A DNA stretch of 64,000 bases from a virus. The notes under the pieces were generated by a model that saw only the letters and a program-made list of their open reading frames with translations, did not search any database and had not been told where the DNA came from. Of this stretch, positions 36,445 through 45,946 are shown one piece after another. The stretch spans positions 96,001 to 160,000 of the IMG/VR virus record IMGVR_UViG_3300008448_000002; one strand, written 5' to 3'. The translations under genes and the position numbers were made by a program. Positions within the stretch are counted from its first letter, which is position 1. Every line of letters begins with the position of its first letter.

Positions 36445-37662
36445 ATGTATAAAATAGTAAGAAATCCTAAATTAGATTTTACTGGAAAAAGTTACAAGGA
36501 TTCTGTCCCTAATCTACATAAATATCCAGCAACGATGATTCCCCAACTAGGAATGGAACTTTTAAAAGAGTTTCCTACTAACAAGGGAACATTACTCGAC
36601 CCGTATTGTGGTTCTGGCTCATCCTTTGTTGCCGCATTGAAAAATAATTATAGTATCATAGATGGATACGATTTAAATCCTTTTGCCACCTTAATTTCAA
36701 AAGTTAAGTTTACTTTATTGGACGTTGATAAATTACAACAAGTTAAAATGGATTTTATAAAAAGATTACATGATAAACAAAAATATCTAAAAACTTATCC
36801 ATTACACGAGTTTCCGCACATACATTTTTGGTTTTCTGTAGATGTCATCAGTAAATTATCCTTACTAAAGATGTGCGTCAATGAAATAGAAGATATAAAC
36901 TATAGAAACGTATTTTCTTTGGCACTTGCCGAAACAGTAAGAAATAGTTCTTTTACTCGTCAAAACGAGTTTAAAATGTACAGGATTAAAAGTGATAAGA
37001 TTACAAGTTATGCTCCAGTGCCGTTTAAGATTTTTGAAAAAAGTATAAATGAAATTATAACAACATATTTGTCTCAATATCGTTATTTGTTGAAACAAGC
37101 AACAGTAAACATTGAAAATAAAGCATTCACACCAAAAGAAAATTATTATGATTGTGTATTGACATCTCCGCCATATGGTGACAGTCAAACAACCGTTGCT
37201 TATGGTCAATTTTCATTTTTTGCGAATGAATGGTTGGGAATCGAAAACGCAAGAGGCATTGATAAAGTATTGATGGGTGGAAAGAAAACAACCACTTTAT
37301 ATGATAAAGGTATCATTGGCAAGGATATAGAAAAAATCAATGATGTTAATCCAAAGAGAGCCTTAGAAGTTTCTTCATTTTATGAAGACTTGGAACAATC
37401 AATCGTTGATGTCGCAAAAAGTGTTAAACAAGGTGGAAAGATATTTTATGTAGTTGGTAACAGAAGAGTTTGTGACATACAACTACAAACAGACCAATTT
37501 ATAGCTGAAACCTTTTGTAACAATGGATTTGACCACATTGTCACTTATGAAAGAGCGTTATCTAATAAAGTAATGCCTTCGACTAATTCCCCTAGTAATA
37601 AGAAGGGAGTAGCCAAAGGCACTATGACACAAGAATTTGTTATTATTTCTCAGAAACAGTAA
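36445..37662 (+). CDS. Amino (probably N4-cytosine) DNA methyltransferase, alpha-type motif order
   Basis: LHKYPATMIP, LLDPYCGSGS (motif I) N-terminal to LTSPPYGD (motif IV), YVVGNRRV. Confidence 0.85.
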   Translation: MYKIVRNPKLDFTGKSYKDSVPNLHKYPATMIPQLGMELLKEFPTNKGTLLDPYCGSGSSFVAALKNNYSIIDGYDLNPFATLISKVKFTLLDVDKLQQVKMDFIKRLHDKQKYLKTYPLHEFPHIHFWFSVDVISKLSLLKMCVNEIEDINYRNVFSLALAETVRNSSFTRQNEFKMYRIKSDKITSYAPVPFKIFEKSINEIITTYLSQYRYLLKQATVNIENKAFTPKENYYDCVLTSPPYGDSQTTVAYGQFSFFANEWLGIENARGIDKVLMGGKKTTTLYDKGIIGKDIEKINDVNPKRALEVSSFYEDLEQSIVDVAKSVKQGGKIFYVVGNRRVCDIQLQTDQFIAETFCNNGFDHIVTYERALSNKVMPSTNSPSNKKGVAKGTMTQEFVIISQKQ

Positions 37663-37707
37663 AAATATTCAATTATAGGTAGTCACAGTACCACTATTGC
37701 GACATTT

Positions 37708-38658
37708 TTACTGCCCGTATAGCCCAAGAACATACGAATCCATCCATTCTTTATCAGATAGTAATGGCAATGTTGATTTTTCTTGTAACTCAACCAATAG
37801 GTCTTGATTTCTTTCTAACCATTCACTTACAATAGTATAATGAATTTTTCCTAATTTAACATCAAGAATGTGTTCTTTATCAGGGCAAGGAAAAGTAATA
37901 TGTCCAGTAGTTAATAATTCTTGCGCTTGATAGATTGCCCTAACAGCATGAGATACAGCTTTCCAATCTACATTGTCATTTTTCTCCGCTTCTAATGCCC
38001 GATTGCCGTATCCCATTAATGCTTTTTCAAAAACCATAATGGCAAAATCGGTTGGAGCATTAAACGCAATTTTCTTCCCACAACATTCAAAAAGAGTTAC
38101 CGCCAACCTATCGCCCTTGGCAGGTTCTTCATAAACGCGACTATGTTTCAATGTTTTGGTAAACTCTACTAATTCATCATTATACGGTGTAAGTTTTTCA
38201 TATTGAGAATGATTCTTAAAAAAAGTAATAACTTCTCTTAATTCTGAAATATAACTACCCTTTATGCCATACTTAGCACATTGCTTATTAATGTATCCAA
38301 TATATCCATGAATGTTCTTATTAAGGATTTTATCTTTATTTTGTAGGATATTAATCCATGTATTAGTGTGCTCAATCCAAAATTGTTTAGGTGAAAATAA
38401 CATATCTAGGGCAACCATTTGTCCTTCTTGTAACATTCTGAAAAATCCTCTTAGTGTAAAGATTTCAGTATCTACATCATTATTTGTATTTTTACCATTG
38501 TCAGAACCAGTAGAATATGTTAAACTCGTAACTGGAACTCTTCCAAGAATTATATCTTTTAATTCGGGAAGATAAATAGCTTTATAATCCGTATCGGATT
38601 GTTCGGTATTAGTCCCATAAAGGTGACTTCCAAATGTGGTTTTGAATAATGTTTTCAT
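37708..38658 (-). CDS. RlaP/NrdC.11-like nucleotidyltransferase
   Basis: GSHLYGTNTEQSDTDYKAIYLP, DWKAVSHAVR, LLTTGHITFP. Confidence 0.85.
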   Translation of the reverse strand: MKTLFKTTFGSHLYGTNTEQSDTDYKAIYLPELKDIILGRVPVTSLTYSTGSDNGKNTNNDVDTEIFTLRGFFRMLQEGQMVALDMLFSPKQFWIEHTNTWINILQNKDKILNKNIHGYIGYINKQCAKYGIKGSYISELREVITFFKNHSQYEKLTPYNDELVEFTKTLKHSRVYEEPAKGDRLAVTLFECCGKKIAFNAPTDFAIMVFEKALMGYGNRALEAEKNDNVDWKAVSHAVRAIYQAQELLTTGHITFPCPDKEHILDVKLGKIHYTIVSEWLERNQDLLVELQEKSTLPLLSDKEWMDSYVLGLYGQ

Positions 38659-38664
38659 GTTTGA

Positions 38665-38692
38665 AACATACCACTTAATTTTAATTTGTCAA
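38665..38692 (-). promoter_or_regulatory. Sigma70-like promoter (RlaP-like NTase)
   Basis: TTGACA-N16-TATGTT with extended TG on the minus strand. Confidence 0.6.
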
Positions 38693-38762
38693 CATAAAAA
38701 TATTAGTTGACACACAGAAATAATAGTTTATTAAACTATTTTAATTATAGAAAGGAAAAACA

Positions 38763-39254
38763 ATGAAAAAATCATTTGTTTTATCGCTTACTGCGTTTCT
38801 GTTACTTTTTCCAACAATAGGAAAAGCAGAAAATAATTGTTTTACTATCGCTTCTAAAGTGGCAGAAAAATATAATATTCCTGTTAAATATCTAAATGCC
38901 ATCATCAGTGTTGAGACTAAAGGATTACCTTGGTCTGTATCACATGATTTAGAAAAAGGAAAACAATTTAAAACTAAAGAAGAAGCTGTCAAATATTCCA
39001 AAACTTTAATTAATAGAGGATTTACCAATGTTAATATTGGTTGTACGCAATTAAATTGGAAATGGCATAAAAAAAGTGCTGGGAATAGTGTTACTAAATT
39101 ACTAGACCCATATACCAATGTCAAGTTAGCAGCAGAATATTTGGTATATTTAAATAAAAAAGAAAAATCTTGGATGAAATCGGCAACAGCTTATCATTCA
39201 TATACACCAAGATATAGAAATATATACAAACGAAAACTTTTAAAGTATATGTAA
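38763..39254 (+). CDS. Secreted lytic transglycosylase (SLT family)
   Basis: Signal peptide ending in AEN; AIISVET (catalytic Glu), IGCTQLN, LLDPYTNVKLAAEYL, AYHS. Confidence 0.9.
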   Translation: MKKSFVLSLTAFLLLFPTIGKAENNCFTIASKVAEKYNIPVKYLNAIISVETKGLPWSVSHDLEKGKQFKTKEEAVKYSKTLINRGFTNVNIGCTQLNWKWHKKSAGNSVTKLLDPYTNVKLAAEYLVYLNKKEKSWMKSATAYHSYTPRYRNIYKRKLLKYM

Positions 39255-39277
39255 AAAGGGGGCTTTTAGCCCCCTTT
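39255..39277. terminator. Bidirectional intrinsic terminator
   Basis: AAAGGGGGC-TTTTA-GCCCCCTTT between convergent genes. Confidence 0.8.
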
Positions 39278-39300
39278 AATTTTCGTATAATAGTTAATTA

Positions 39301-40578
39301 TTAAGCAGTTTCTAAACTTGCTTCTCCAGCAACTAACGCTGTACCTTGTGGTTTCCAAGTATAACGATTACCAGCAAAAGTTACCACAACATTTGAAGTA
39401 ATTTTTTTGGCATATTCTACGATACCCAATCCTGGTGTAATTGCCAATGTTGGAATAGTAGCATATGTGCCTCTAACAACAGGAGTAATAGCAGTAATTG
39501 TACCATTTACTAATGTGGCAGTAGCCGTTGCTGTACCAGCAGAGAAAGTAAGGGTGGGAGCAACCAGATAACCTGTGCCAGCACCAGTTACCGTAATAAC
39601 GCCAACTTCAAATGTCAAGTTGACTGTTAAGCCAGTTCCACCTGAAGGAGCGACAGTTGTAGCTGCGCCCGTGGCACTTGGAAGAGCCGTATAGTTTCCG
39701 AGGTTTACTAATGTCAAACCAGTTACGACACCAGAGGATACAGTGGCAACCGTGGCAGTAATACTAGTACCTGTTCCACCTGTTACTGTGATTACGTTAC
39801 CAACGGAATAACCTGTTCCACCAGCATTGACAGCGATTGTTTTTGCTCTCAAAGACACCGTTGCCGTGGCACCTGAACCTGAGCTTGTTGCCGTTAAGGT
39901 AACAGTAGGAATAGCAGCATATGTACCTCTCGTACCAACCGCAACCGCTGTAACAACGCCGTTTACTATAGTTGCTGTGGCTGTTCCGATGCCAGCAGAA
40001 AAACTAACTACAGGGGCAACAACATAATCTGCGCCACCAGCAGTTACCGTAATGTTTCCTAGTTGGAAGGTCAAGTTTACAGTAGCACCTGTTCCACCAG
40101 AAGGGGCAACAGTTGTAGCTGCGCCCGTGGCACTTGGAAGAGCCGTATAGTTACCAGCAGATGTAAGGGTTAATCCCGTGATTACTCCACCAGACACCGT
40201 AGCAACAGTAGCCGTAGCACTAGTACCTGTTCCACCTGTTACTGTAATAACATCATTGACCGAGTATCCTGTTCCGCCAGCATTGACGGCGATTGTTGCC
40301 ACACGCAAAGAAGCAGTAGCAGTAGCACCAGCACCTTGAGAGATACCATAAGGCAACACTTTTACCGTCATTTGACCTGCGGCAGCGGCAGTAGTATTAA
40401 CTAGAGCGCACTTGCTTGTTCCACCACTTGTTGTTACATTGTACTTATTAACACCCTTTTGGGCGATTACACTACCAGTTCTTGCTTGTGAATCACCAGC
40501 AACCCATGCGGTACATTGTAGTTGTTGACCCGCTGTTGCCAGCAAGCCTAATATTCTTTTATTAATCGGACGACCCAT
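39301..40578 (-). CDS. Ala/Gly/Thr/Val-rich repeat virion protein
   Basis: Two tandem modules of about 142 aa (GGTGYSV...GGTG-x-x-A...PT); ATG 40578 (MGRPINKR) behind an AAGGA SD is the likely start. Confidence 0.75.
   Translation of the reverse strand: MGRPINKRILGLLATAGQQLQCTAWVAGDSQARTGSVIAQKGVNKYNVTTSGGTSKCALVNTTAAAAGQMTVKVLPYGISQGAGATATASLRVATIAVNAGGTGYSVNDVITVTGGTGTSATATVATVSGGVITGLTLTSAGNYTALPSATGAATTVAPSGGTGATVNLTFQLGNITVTAGGADYVVAPVVSFSAGIGTATATIVNGVVTAVAVGTRGTYAAIPTVTLTATSSGSGATATVSLRAKTIAVNAGGTGYSVGNVITVTGGTGTSITATVATVSSGVVTGLTLVNLGNYTALPSATGAATTVAPSGGTGLTVNLTFEVGVITVTGAGTGYLVAPTLTFSAGTATATATLVNGTITAITPVVRGTYATIPTLAITPGLGIVEYAKKITSNVVVTFAGNRYTWKPQGTALVAGEASLETA
39653..40152. repeat. 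44-bp perfect direct repeat (39653-39696 and 40109-40152)
   Basis: acagttgtagctgcgcccgtggcacttggaagagccgtatagtt occurs in both tandem modules. Confidence 0.9.
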
Positions 40579-40660
40579 AATATATTTTCCTTTATATGAA
40601 GTTTTAATTTCTACGAGCACAATTGCTCATAAATCCATTGAATAGTGGATAATAGTATTT

Positions 40661-40912
40661 ATGAAAAATATTTTTGTATTGACAAATATTATAAGTATGC
40701 TACCATTTATAATGGAGAATATTATGCTTGGAATCTTTAAATCAACTAAGAAAAAATATAGGGTTAATTTCTCTAATGGAAAGACTGTAATAGTAAAAAG
40801 TAAGTTATATACCGATGTTTTGAATAAATATCATAGTATTCCTATAGTTACTATTTGGTATCTTCCTTCTATCGGCGGCTCTGTTTGTATGTGTTATCGC
40901 CCCAATAATTAG
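40661..40912 (+). CDS. Hypothetical protein
   Basis: ORF; true start may be the internal MLGIFK with a GGAG SD. Confidence 0.45.
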   Translation: MKNIFVLTNIISMLPFIMENIMLGIFKSTKKKYRVNFSNGKTVIVKSKLYTDVLNKYHSIPIVTIWYLPSIGGSVCMCYRPNN

Positions 40913-41709
40913 TAAATAATATTTTTATATTGAGTGTGATTTTTAATTACCCAATTTACGACATCTTCAAAATCACCAGAAAAAACATAGTCTTTTTTTC
41001 CATATTGTGCCTTAACGCACCAATCACCTTCATCACAATTCGACTTTAATACAATTATATCGTTTGGTTTCACATCACTACCATTGAATATAATTTGTCT
41101 TTCTAAATCACCGCGATGAAATACTTCAATACCACTGTTTTGAAACATGACAGCATGTTTACCATACTTCGGTCTACTTCCTTGTTGGGCATTTATAGCA
41201 TCTCTTGATATGGGAATAAAAGCAAAGTTATAGCCACCGTCTTTTTTGTATTCTTTATTAAAATATGTTGTTAATCCCAATTTATTGATATCTTCTATAC
41301 CGTATTTAAAACCATTATCTTTTATACTTTGTGGTTCGTCAGTAAAATGAATCAACCAAGTATTTCTAGGTAGTAGTTTTTCTGTGCTTATTGAAGCATG
41401 TTTATATGTTGGCAAATCTTCGGGACTATATTGTTCTAAATAATTATAAACCTTTTTTTCAATTACTTTCTGAGTATCTTTATCAAACTTCATGAAATCT
41501 TCTGGTTCAAAGTTTTCATTAATATCACTAGAATCATCTATATTTTTATTATTAATATTTATTTTCTCGTTAAATTCTTCTAAAATGTAATCATTTTCAT
41601 AAATTATTTTACAAATCTCCCACCAGTAAGCATGATAGTCAAACTCTTCTTTTTTCATGTAATCAAGAAGATACTTATTGGGTTTGGTATAAAGTTCAAA
41701 TAATCTCAT
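40909..41709 (-). CDS. Hypothetical protein, possible ART-like fold
   Basis: MRLFEL leader; WLIHFT, GGYNFAF, ERQIIF motifs; TAAATA upstream. Confidence 0.55.
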   Translation of the reverse strand: MRLFELYTKPNKYLLDYMKKEEFDYHAYWWEICKIIYENDYILEEFNEKININNKNIDDSSDINENFEPEDFMKFDKDTQKVIEKKVYNYLEQYSPEDLPTYKHASISTEKLLPRNTWLIHFTDEPQSIKDNGFKYGIEDINKLGLTTYFNKEYKKDGGYNFAFIPISRDAINAQQGSRPKYGKHAVMFQNSGIEVFHRGDLERQIIFNGSDVKPNDIIVLKSNCDEGDWCVKAQYGKKDYVFSGDFEDVVNWVIKNHTQYKNIIY

Positions 41710-41781
41710 AATAATATATTTATCAAAAAATGCTTTACATTTTAGTTAAATAATGATACATTTACTCAATAAGGAAAATAT

Positions 41782-42369
41782 ATGTCAAAAAAGAAACGAA
41801 TTATCCCCTTTAAATTATGTCCTGGTAGTTGGGGATTAACAGGAAAAGTAAGAAAGTTAGCGGAAATTGAATATTATTATGGTGATAGTGAGGATAAAGA
41901 ATATCTCTTGTTGGAATTAGATAATGACAAGGATACACCAGAATACATAAAAAATAAATTAAAATTAGATAAAAAATATAAAAAAATATCTGATTATGAT
42001 TATGAAATAGAATCTTTATCTACCAAAATAACAGATAAGGATTCAAAAGAATACTTGCTTGAAAAGGCAGAAATAGATTTAAAACATAATGTAATTAAAG
42101 ATTATGAATACAGAAAAGAAATAGCTGATATTAATCACGAGGCATTTTTTGAAGTAATTAATGGTAAAATGGAACGCATTGATGGTAAATCAACAATGGG
42201 GTTTGAGTTAGAGTGGAACGACTATTTTGTTAATCATTTGATAAATGATGGATGGAAAGGGGCAACTCAAGAAGATATTGTCAACGCTTATTTTAGCGAA
42301 TTATGTAGGCAGATGTTGGCAGAAGATGAGTTTGAAGGCAGTAGTTTGGTAAACAGAGAAAGACCATAA
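41782..42369 (+). CDS. Hypothetical protein
   Basis: AAGGA SD; first gene of a long plus-strand operon. Confidence 0.65.
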   Translation: MSKKKRIIPFKLCPGSWGLTGKVRKLAEIEYYYGDSEDKEYLLLELDNDKDTPEYIKNKLKLDKKYKKISDYDYEIESLSTKITDKDSKEYLLEKAEIDLKHNVIKDYEYRKEIADINHEAFFEVINGKMERIDGKSTMGFELEWNDYFVNHLINDGWKGATQEDIVNAYFSELCRQMLAEDEFEGSSLVNRERP

Positions 42370-43392
42370 ATGTCACATATTTTGATTGATTTAAGTAATT
42401 TAATACATAAGTGTAAATATGTTGTCAAGGGCGATGCTGAAACAAAAGCAGCATTGGCATTACACATTATCATTAATTCTATGATTAGTGCTTGGAATAG
42501 ATTTGACGGAACATTATTAGTAGTGTGTGCCGATTCGACATCGTGGAGAAACGACCATTACAAAAAGTATAAGGCAGCTAGAAGATTAAAAGCCAATTTG
42601 AGAACACCAAGAGAAATTGAAGAAGATGCGGTTTATTTTGATATGATGAATAAACTTGGTGATTTCTTAAGAGATAAGACAAACTGTGTTTTCTTGAAAA
42701 AAGATAGATTAGAAGCGGATGATTTGATAGCCGTGTGGATTAAGAATAATCCCGATAAGAAACATGTTATTGTAAGTGGCGATGGTGATTTCCATCAATT
42801 ATTGGCTAAAAATGTAAAGATATACGATAGCATTAAGAAAATCATTGTTTGCCATGATAAGGTTCTTAATGAAAAGGGTGAAAACCTTGAGTTTATCATT
42901 GATACTAAAGCTAAACTAAAAGTAAAAGAAGTTAATGAAGATTTTGTTCCTGATAGTAATTGGTATGAATGGGCATTTTTTATTAAGTTAATACGAGGCG
43001 ATATAAGTGATGGCATTGTTCCAAGTCATTCTGGGGCAAGATTAAAAGGCACAAAGGATAAACCAGGAATTACAGAGGCATTTGCCGATAGACATACTAA
43101 AGGTTGGGCATGGAATAATTTTATGCTACAACCAACCATATCATTCAATAATGATGATGAAGTTATTGCCGTAAAAGATGGGTTTAAATTAAATACATTA
43201 TTAATGGATTTAAACAATATTCCAGAGTCAATACTTATATTTGCCAATGAATACATAGAAGAACAAATGAAACAAGAAACAAAACGCAACATTGGTATTG
43301 AGTTTTTAAGATTTTGCGCCAAGCACAGATTAGATAATTTAGCAAAATATCCCGATAAGTACATCAACATGTTGAATACGAGGTTTAAATAA
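42370..43392 (+). CDS. rnh: 5'-3' exonuclease/RNase H (T4 Rnh-like)
   Basis: LIDLSN, SWR...YKAAR, LEADDLIA, IVSGDGDFHQL, GDISDGI. Confidence 0.9.
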   Translation: MSHILIDLSNLIHKCKYVVKGDAETKAALALHIIINSMISAWNRFDGTLLVVCADSTSWRNDHYKKYKAARRLKANLRTPREIEEDAVYFDMMNKLGDFLRDKTNCVFLKKDRLEADDLIAVWIKNNPDKKHVIVSGDGDFHQLLAKNVKIYDSIKKIIVCHDKVLNEKGENLEFIIDTKAKLKVKEVNEDFVPDSNWYEWAFFIKLIRGDISDGIVPSHSGARLKGTKDKPGITEAFADRHTKGWAWNNFMLQPTISFNNDDEVIAVKDGFKLNTLLMDLNNIPESILIFANEYIEEQMKQETKRNIGIEFLRFCAKHRLDNLAKYPDKYINMLNTRFK

Positions 43393-43844
43393 TGCCAAAT
43401 ATTGTAAAAGTTACAGAAAACTCATGGTTAGTTCGGGCGAGCACTCAAAACATGAGTGGATTACTACAAAAAAAGAATGATGATATTTATTTCCTGACGA
43501 CAACACATAGTGAAAAGTTCGATAATTTTAATGATTTTGAAGATTCGTATGGTAAAATAAAGATTGTTGATAAATCTATATCCAATGAAGATATTATTGT
43601 TGAGATTAATGGATATACTGTAAAACATAAAGATGTTATCATTATTGACGATGGTGATATACCCCTGTATAAGAAAACAGAAACAAGTGATATTGTCTAT
43701 GCGGCGGGATATTGGTTAGTAGAATTTGCGAGTGGATGGGTTAAGGTTTTATGTCCTAAAACAACTACTTTAACAGAAAACGAGTTTAAAGGTCCTTATA
43801 AAACAAATCTTGAAGCGGCAAAAGAGTTGTCTAACCTGCGCTAA
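43392..43844 (+). CDS. Hypothetical protein
   Basis: TAATG coupling to upstream gene. Confidence 0.65.
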   Translation: MPNIVKVTENSWLVRASTQNMSGLLQKKNDDIYFLTTTHSEKFDNFNDFEDSYGKIKIVDKSISNEDIIVEINGYTVKHKDVIIIDDGDIPLYKKTETSDIVYAAGYWLVEFASGWVKVLCPKTTTLTENEFKGPYKTNLEAAKELSNLR

Positions 43845-43852
43845 ATATCATT

Positions 43853-44056
43853 ATGAACATCGAAGAATACAGAAAAAAGATAGTACTTGCTAATAAAACC
43901 AAAGGTAGGGAATTGAGACTTACAATAGAAGAGGCAAATTTGCTATTAGCAGAAATACTTTCTATTATCGAAAAGGAAAGAAATTATCTGTTGAAAATAA
44001 CAGAATTACAAAGTAACATGAATAAAAATAGCGTAATAACAGGCGGAGAGTTTTAA
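43853..44056 (+). CDS. Hypothetical protein
   Basis: Short helical ORF in operon. Confidence 0.55.
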   Translation: MNIEEYRKKIVLANKTKGRELRLTIEEANLLLAEILSIIEKERNYLLKITELQSNMNKNSVITGGEF

Positions 44057-44892
44057 TGAAGTTTGACATTTTAAGTGACCCACATCTTGACATTTGGGAC
44101 ATAAGAGCTAATGAAAGTGCGTTTGACTTTCAAAAATATAAAAACAGTGACAGTGATGCTATCATTGTTGCTGGAGATATTTCAAATTATGAGAATTATT
44201 TAATTCCATTTTTTACTAAATGTCTTGAAAATTATAAGTTTGTTTATGTTGTTGATGGTAATCATGACCACTACATGAGAAACTACAAGAATAGTATAAA
44301 ATCATTTAAAAACATAGAAAAAATATTAAACAGAACATTTGCCGATAAAACGAATAAAAGATTTTTCTTCTTACATGGAGATACAGATTATTCTATACAT
44401 GGAAATCTGGCAATAATTGGTGTTAATGGCTGGTATGATTGGTCTGGTATGGAAAACTACGGTATATCAAAATCTGTTTGCCATAGTGCTTGGATGACAT
44501 ATAGTAATGATTCACGGCATATTGATTTTGATAATAAATATCCCGATACATTAGCGGCAGTTGATATGGAAAAACTAAAATCAACAATGAATAAAATCAA
44601 CAATATTGATAGTATAGAAAAAGTCATAGTTGTCACGCATACTGCTCCCTTACCTGAATTGTTGAGATTTATACCAGAAAATCCATTATGGAATAATCTA
44701 AGCGGGAGTTATACTAATTCTTTAATGAAAGATGTTATTAAAGAAGACATCAATAAAAAAATTAAGTATTGGGTGTACGGTCACACACATGAAAGAAAGA
44801 TGACCGATGTTGACTATATAACATACATAAATAATTCAAGAGGGTATCCCACTGAAATACCTAATTGGCAAATGATTCAAATAGAGGTTTAA
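44056..44892 (+). CDS. Calcineurin-like metallophosphoesterase
   Basis: SDPHLD, AGDIS, DGNHDHY, VTHTAP, YGHTH. Confidence 0.9.
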   Translation: MKFDILSDPHLDIWDIRANESAFDFQKYKNSDSDAIIVAGDISNYENYLIPFFTKCLENYKFVYVVDGNHDHYMRNYKNSIKSFKNIEKILNRTFADKTNKRFFFLHGDTDYSIHGNLAIIGVNGWYDWSGMENYGISKSVCHSAWMTYSNDSRHIDFDNKYPDTLAAVDMEKLKSTMNKINNIDSIEKVIVVTHTAPLPELLRFIPENPLWNNLSGSYTNSLMKDVIKEDINKKIKYWVYGHTHERKMTDVDYITYINNSRGYPTEIPNWQMIQIEV

Positions 44893-44894
44893 TA

Positions 44895-45152
44895 ATGATT
44901 AAAGTGTATAGCAAGGCAATATGTCCCTATTGCGACATGGCAAAACGATGGCTGGCAGGTAATAATTTAGAATATACCGAGATTAAACTAGATAATGATG
45001 AAGATAAGCTAGAGTTTTATAAAAAAACTGGTTGTAAATCAGTGCCACAGATATATCTCAATGATGTTCATATTGGTGGATATAATGAACTTATTAAGAG
45101 TGATTTAATTAAAAATCTACTATTGGGCGATTTATCTTCGGATGACTTCTAA
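44895..45152 (+). CDS. Glutaredoxin
   Basis: CPYC active site, SVPQI, IGGY; ATG 44895. Confidence 0.92.
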   Translation: MIKVYSKAICPYCDMAKRWLAGNNLEYTEIKLDNDEDKLEFYKKTGCKSVPQIYLNDVHIGGYNELIKSDLIKNLLLGDLSSDDF

Positions 45153-45169
45153 AAAACATAAATACTCTA

Positions 45170-45487
45170 TTGGAGAGTATTTATATGAGTAGACCTAAAC
45201 CAATTATCATATTTTCAAATATTGATAAAGATAACAATACAGTACAACAGATTCTTAAAGGAGAAGGTGTATTTGCTGTATTTTATGATAATGAACCGAT
45301 TAATTTAAAAATAACAAATAGATTGGTAAACTATCCCACAAAGTATAAAAAAACAACTTTTACACACAGTGGACATGCTTTTAATTTAGCAGAAAAACTC
45401 AATAAAACATATAATACAGATAAGTTTACTGTTGTAAAAATGTCGGATGGCACTGTTATTAATGAAAACAAAAAACTTCCACTCTAA
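45170..45487 (+). CDS. Hypothetical protein
   Basis: ORF with TAAATA at 45159; start may be MSRPKP. Confidence 0.6.
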   Translation: MESIYMSRPKPIIIFSNIDKDNNTVQQILKGEGVFAVFYDNEPINLKITNRLVNYPTKYKKTTFTHSGHAFNLAEKLNKTYNTDKFTVVKMSDGTVINENKKLPL

Positions 45488-45884
45488 TTTACTTAATCAT
45501 TTAAGAAATACAAAAGTAGAAAACTTCGAGTTTTATGATAGAGAATACTATCAAAAGTTTGATGATAATAAGTTAAAAAGATTTATATTCGATAATTATC
45601 GAATTATGGATGATACAGAAAAAGGCTTAAGACTTTGTTACGCTGGGTTTGACATATTAAAAGAATATTATGACTATAGAGAGGTTACTCTTACGAATCC
45701 AAAGAAAGAAAACATCCTAACAAGTGGATTTTTACTAGAATTAGATAACATAATGAAAATGCCATACTTGATAAAAGGAAATACATTAGTTCTTTTTGAT
45801 TTACAAATGGCGTTTGAGGCAGGATTATTCATTGATTTTCTTTCATATGTTGATTCTTTCTTCAAAAAGAAAAAAACATATTGA
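45447..45884 (+). CDS. Hypothetical protein
   Basis: ORF filling the operon; start uncertain. Confidence 0.5.
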   Translation: MALLLMKTKNFHSNLLNHLRNTKVENFEFYDREYYQKFDDNKLKRFIFDNYRIMDDTEKGLRLCYAGFDILKEYYDYREVTLTNPKKENILTSGFLLELDNIMKMPYLIKGNTLVLFDLQMAFEAGLFIDFLSYVDSFFKKKKTY

Positions 45885-45946
45885 CTAAAAAAGCAATTCT
45901 ATGTTTTACTGTGATTAATAAACAACAGTAACTCAAAGGACACAAA

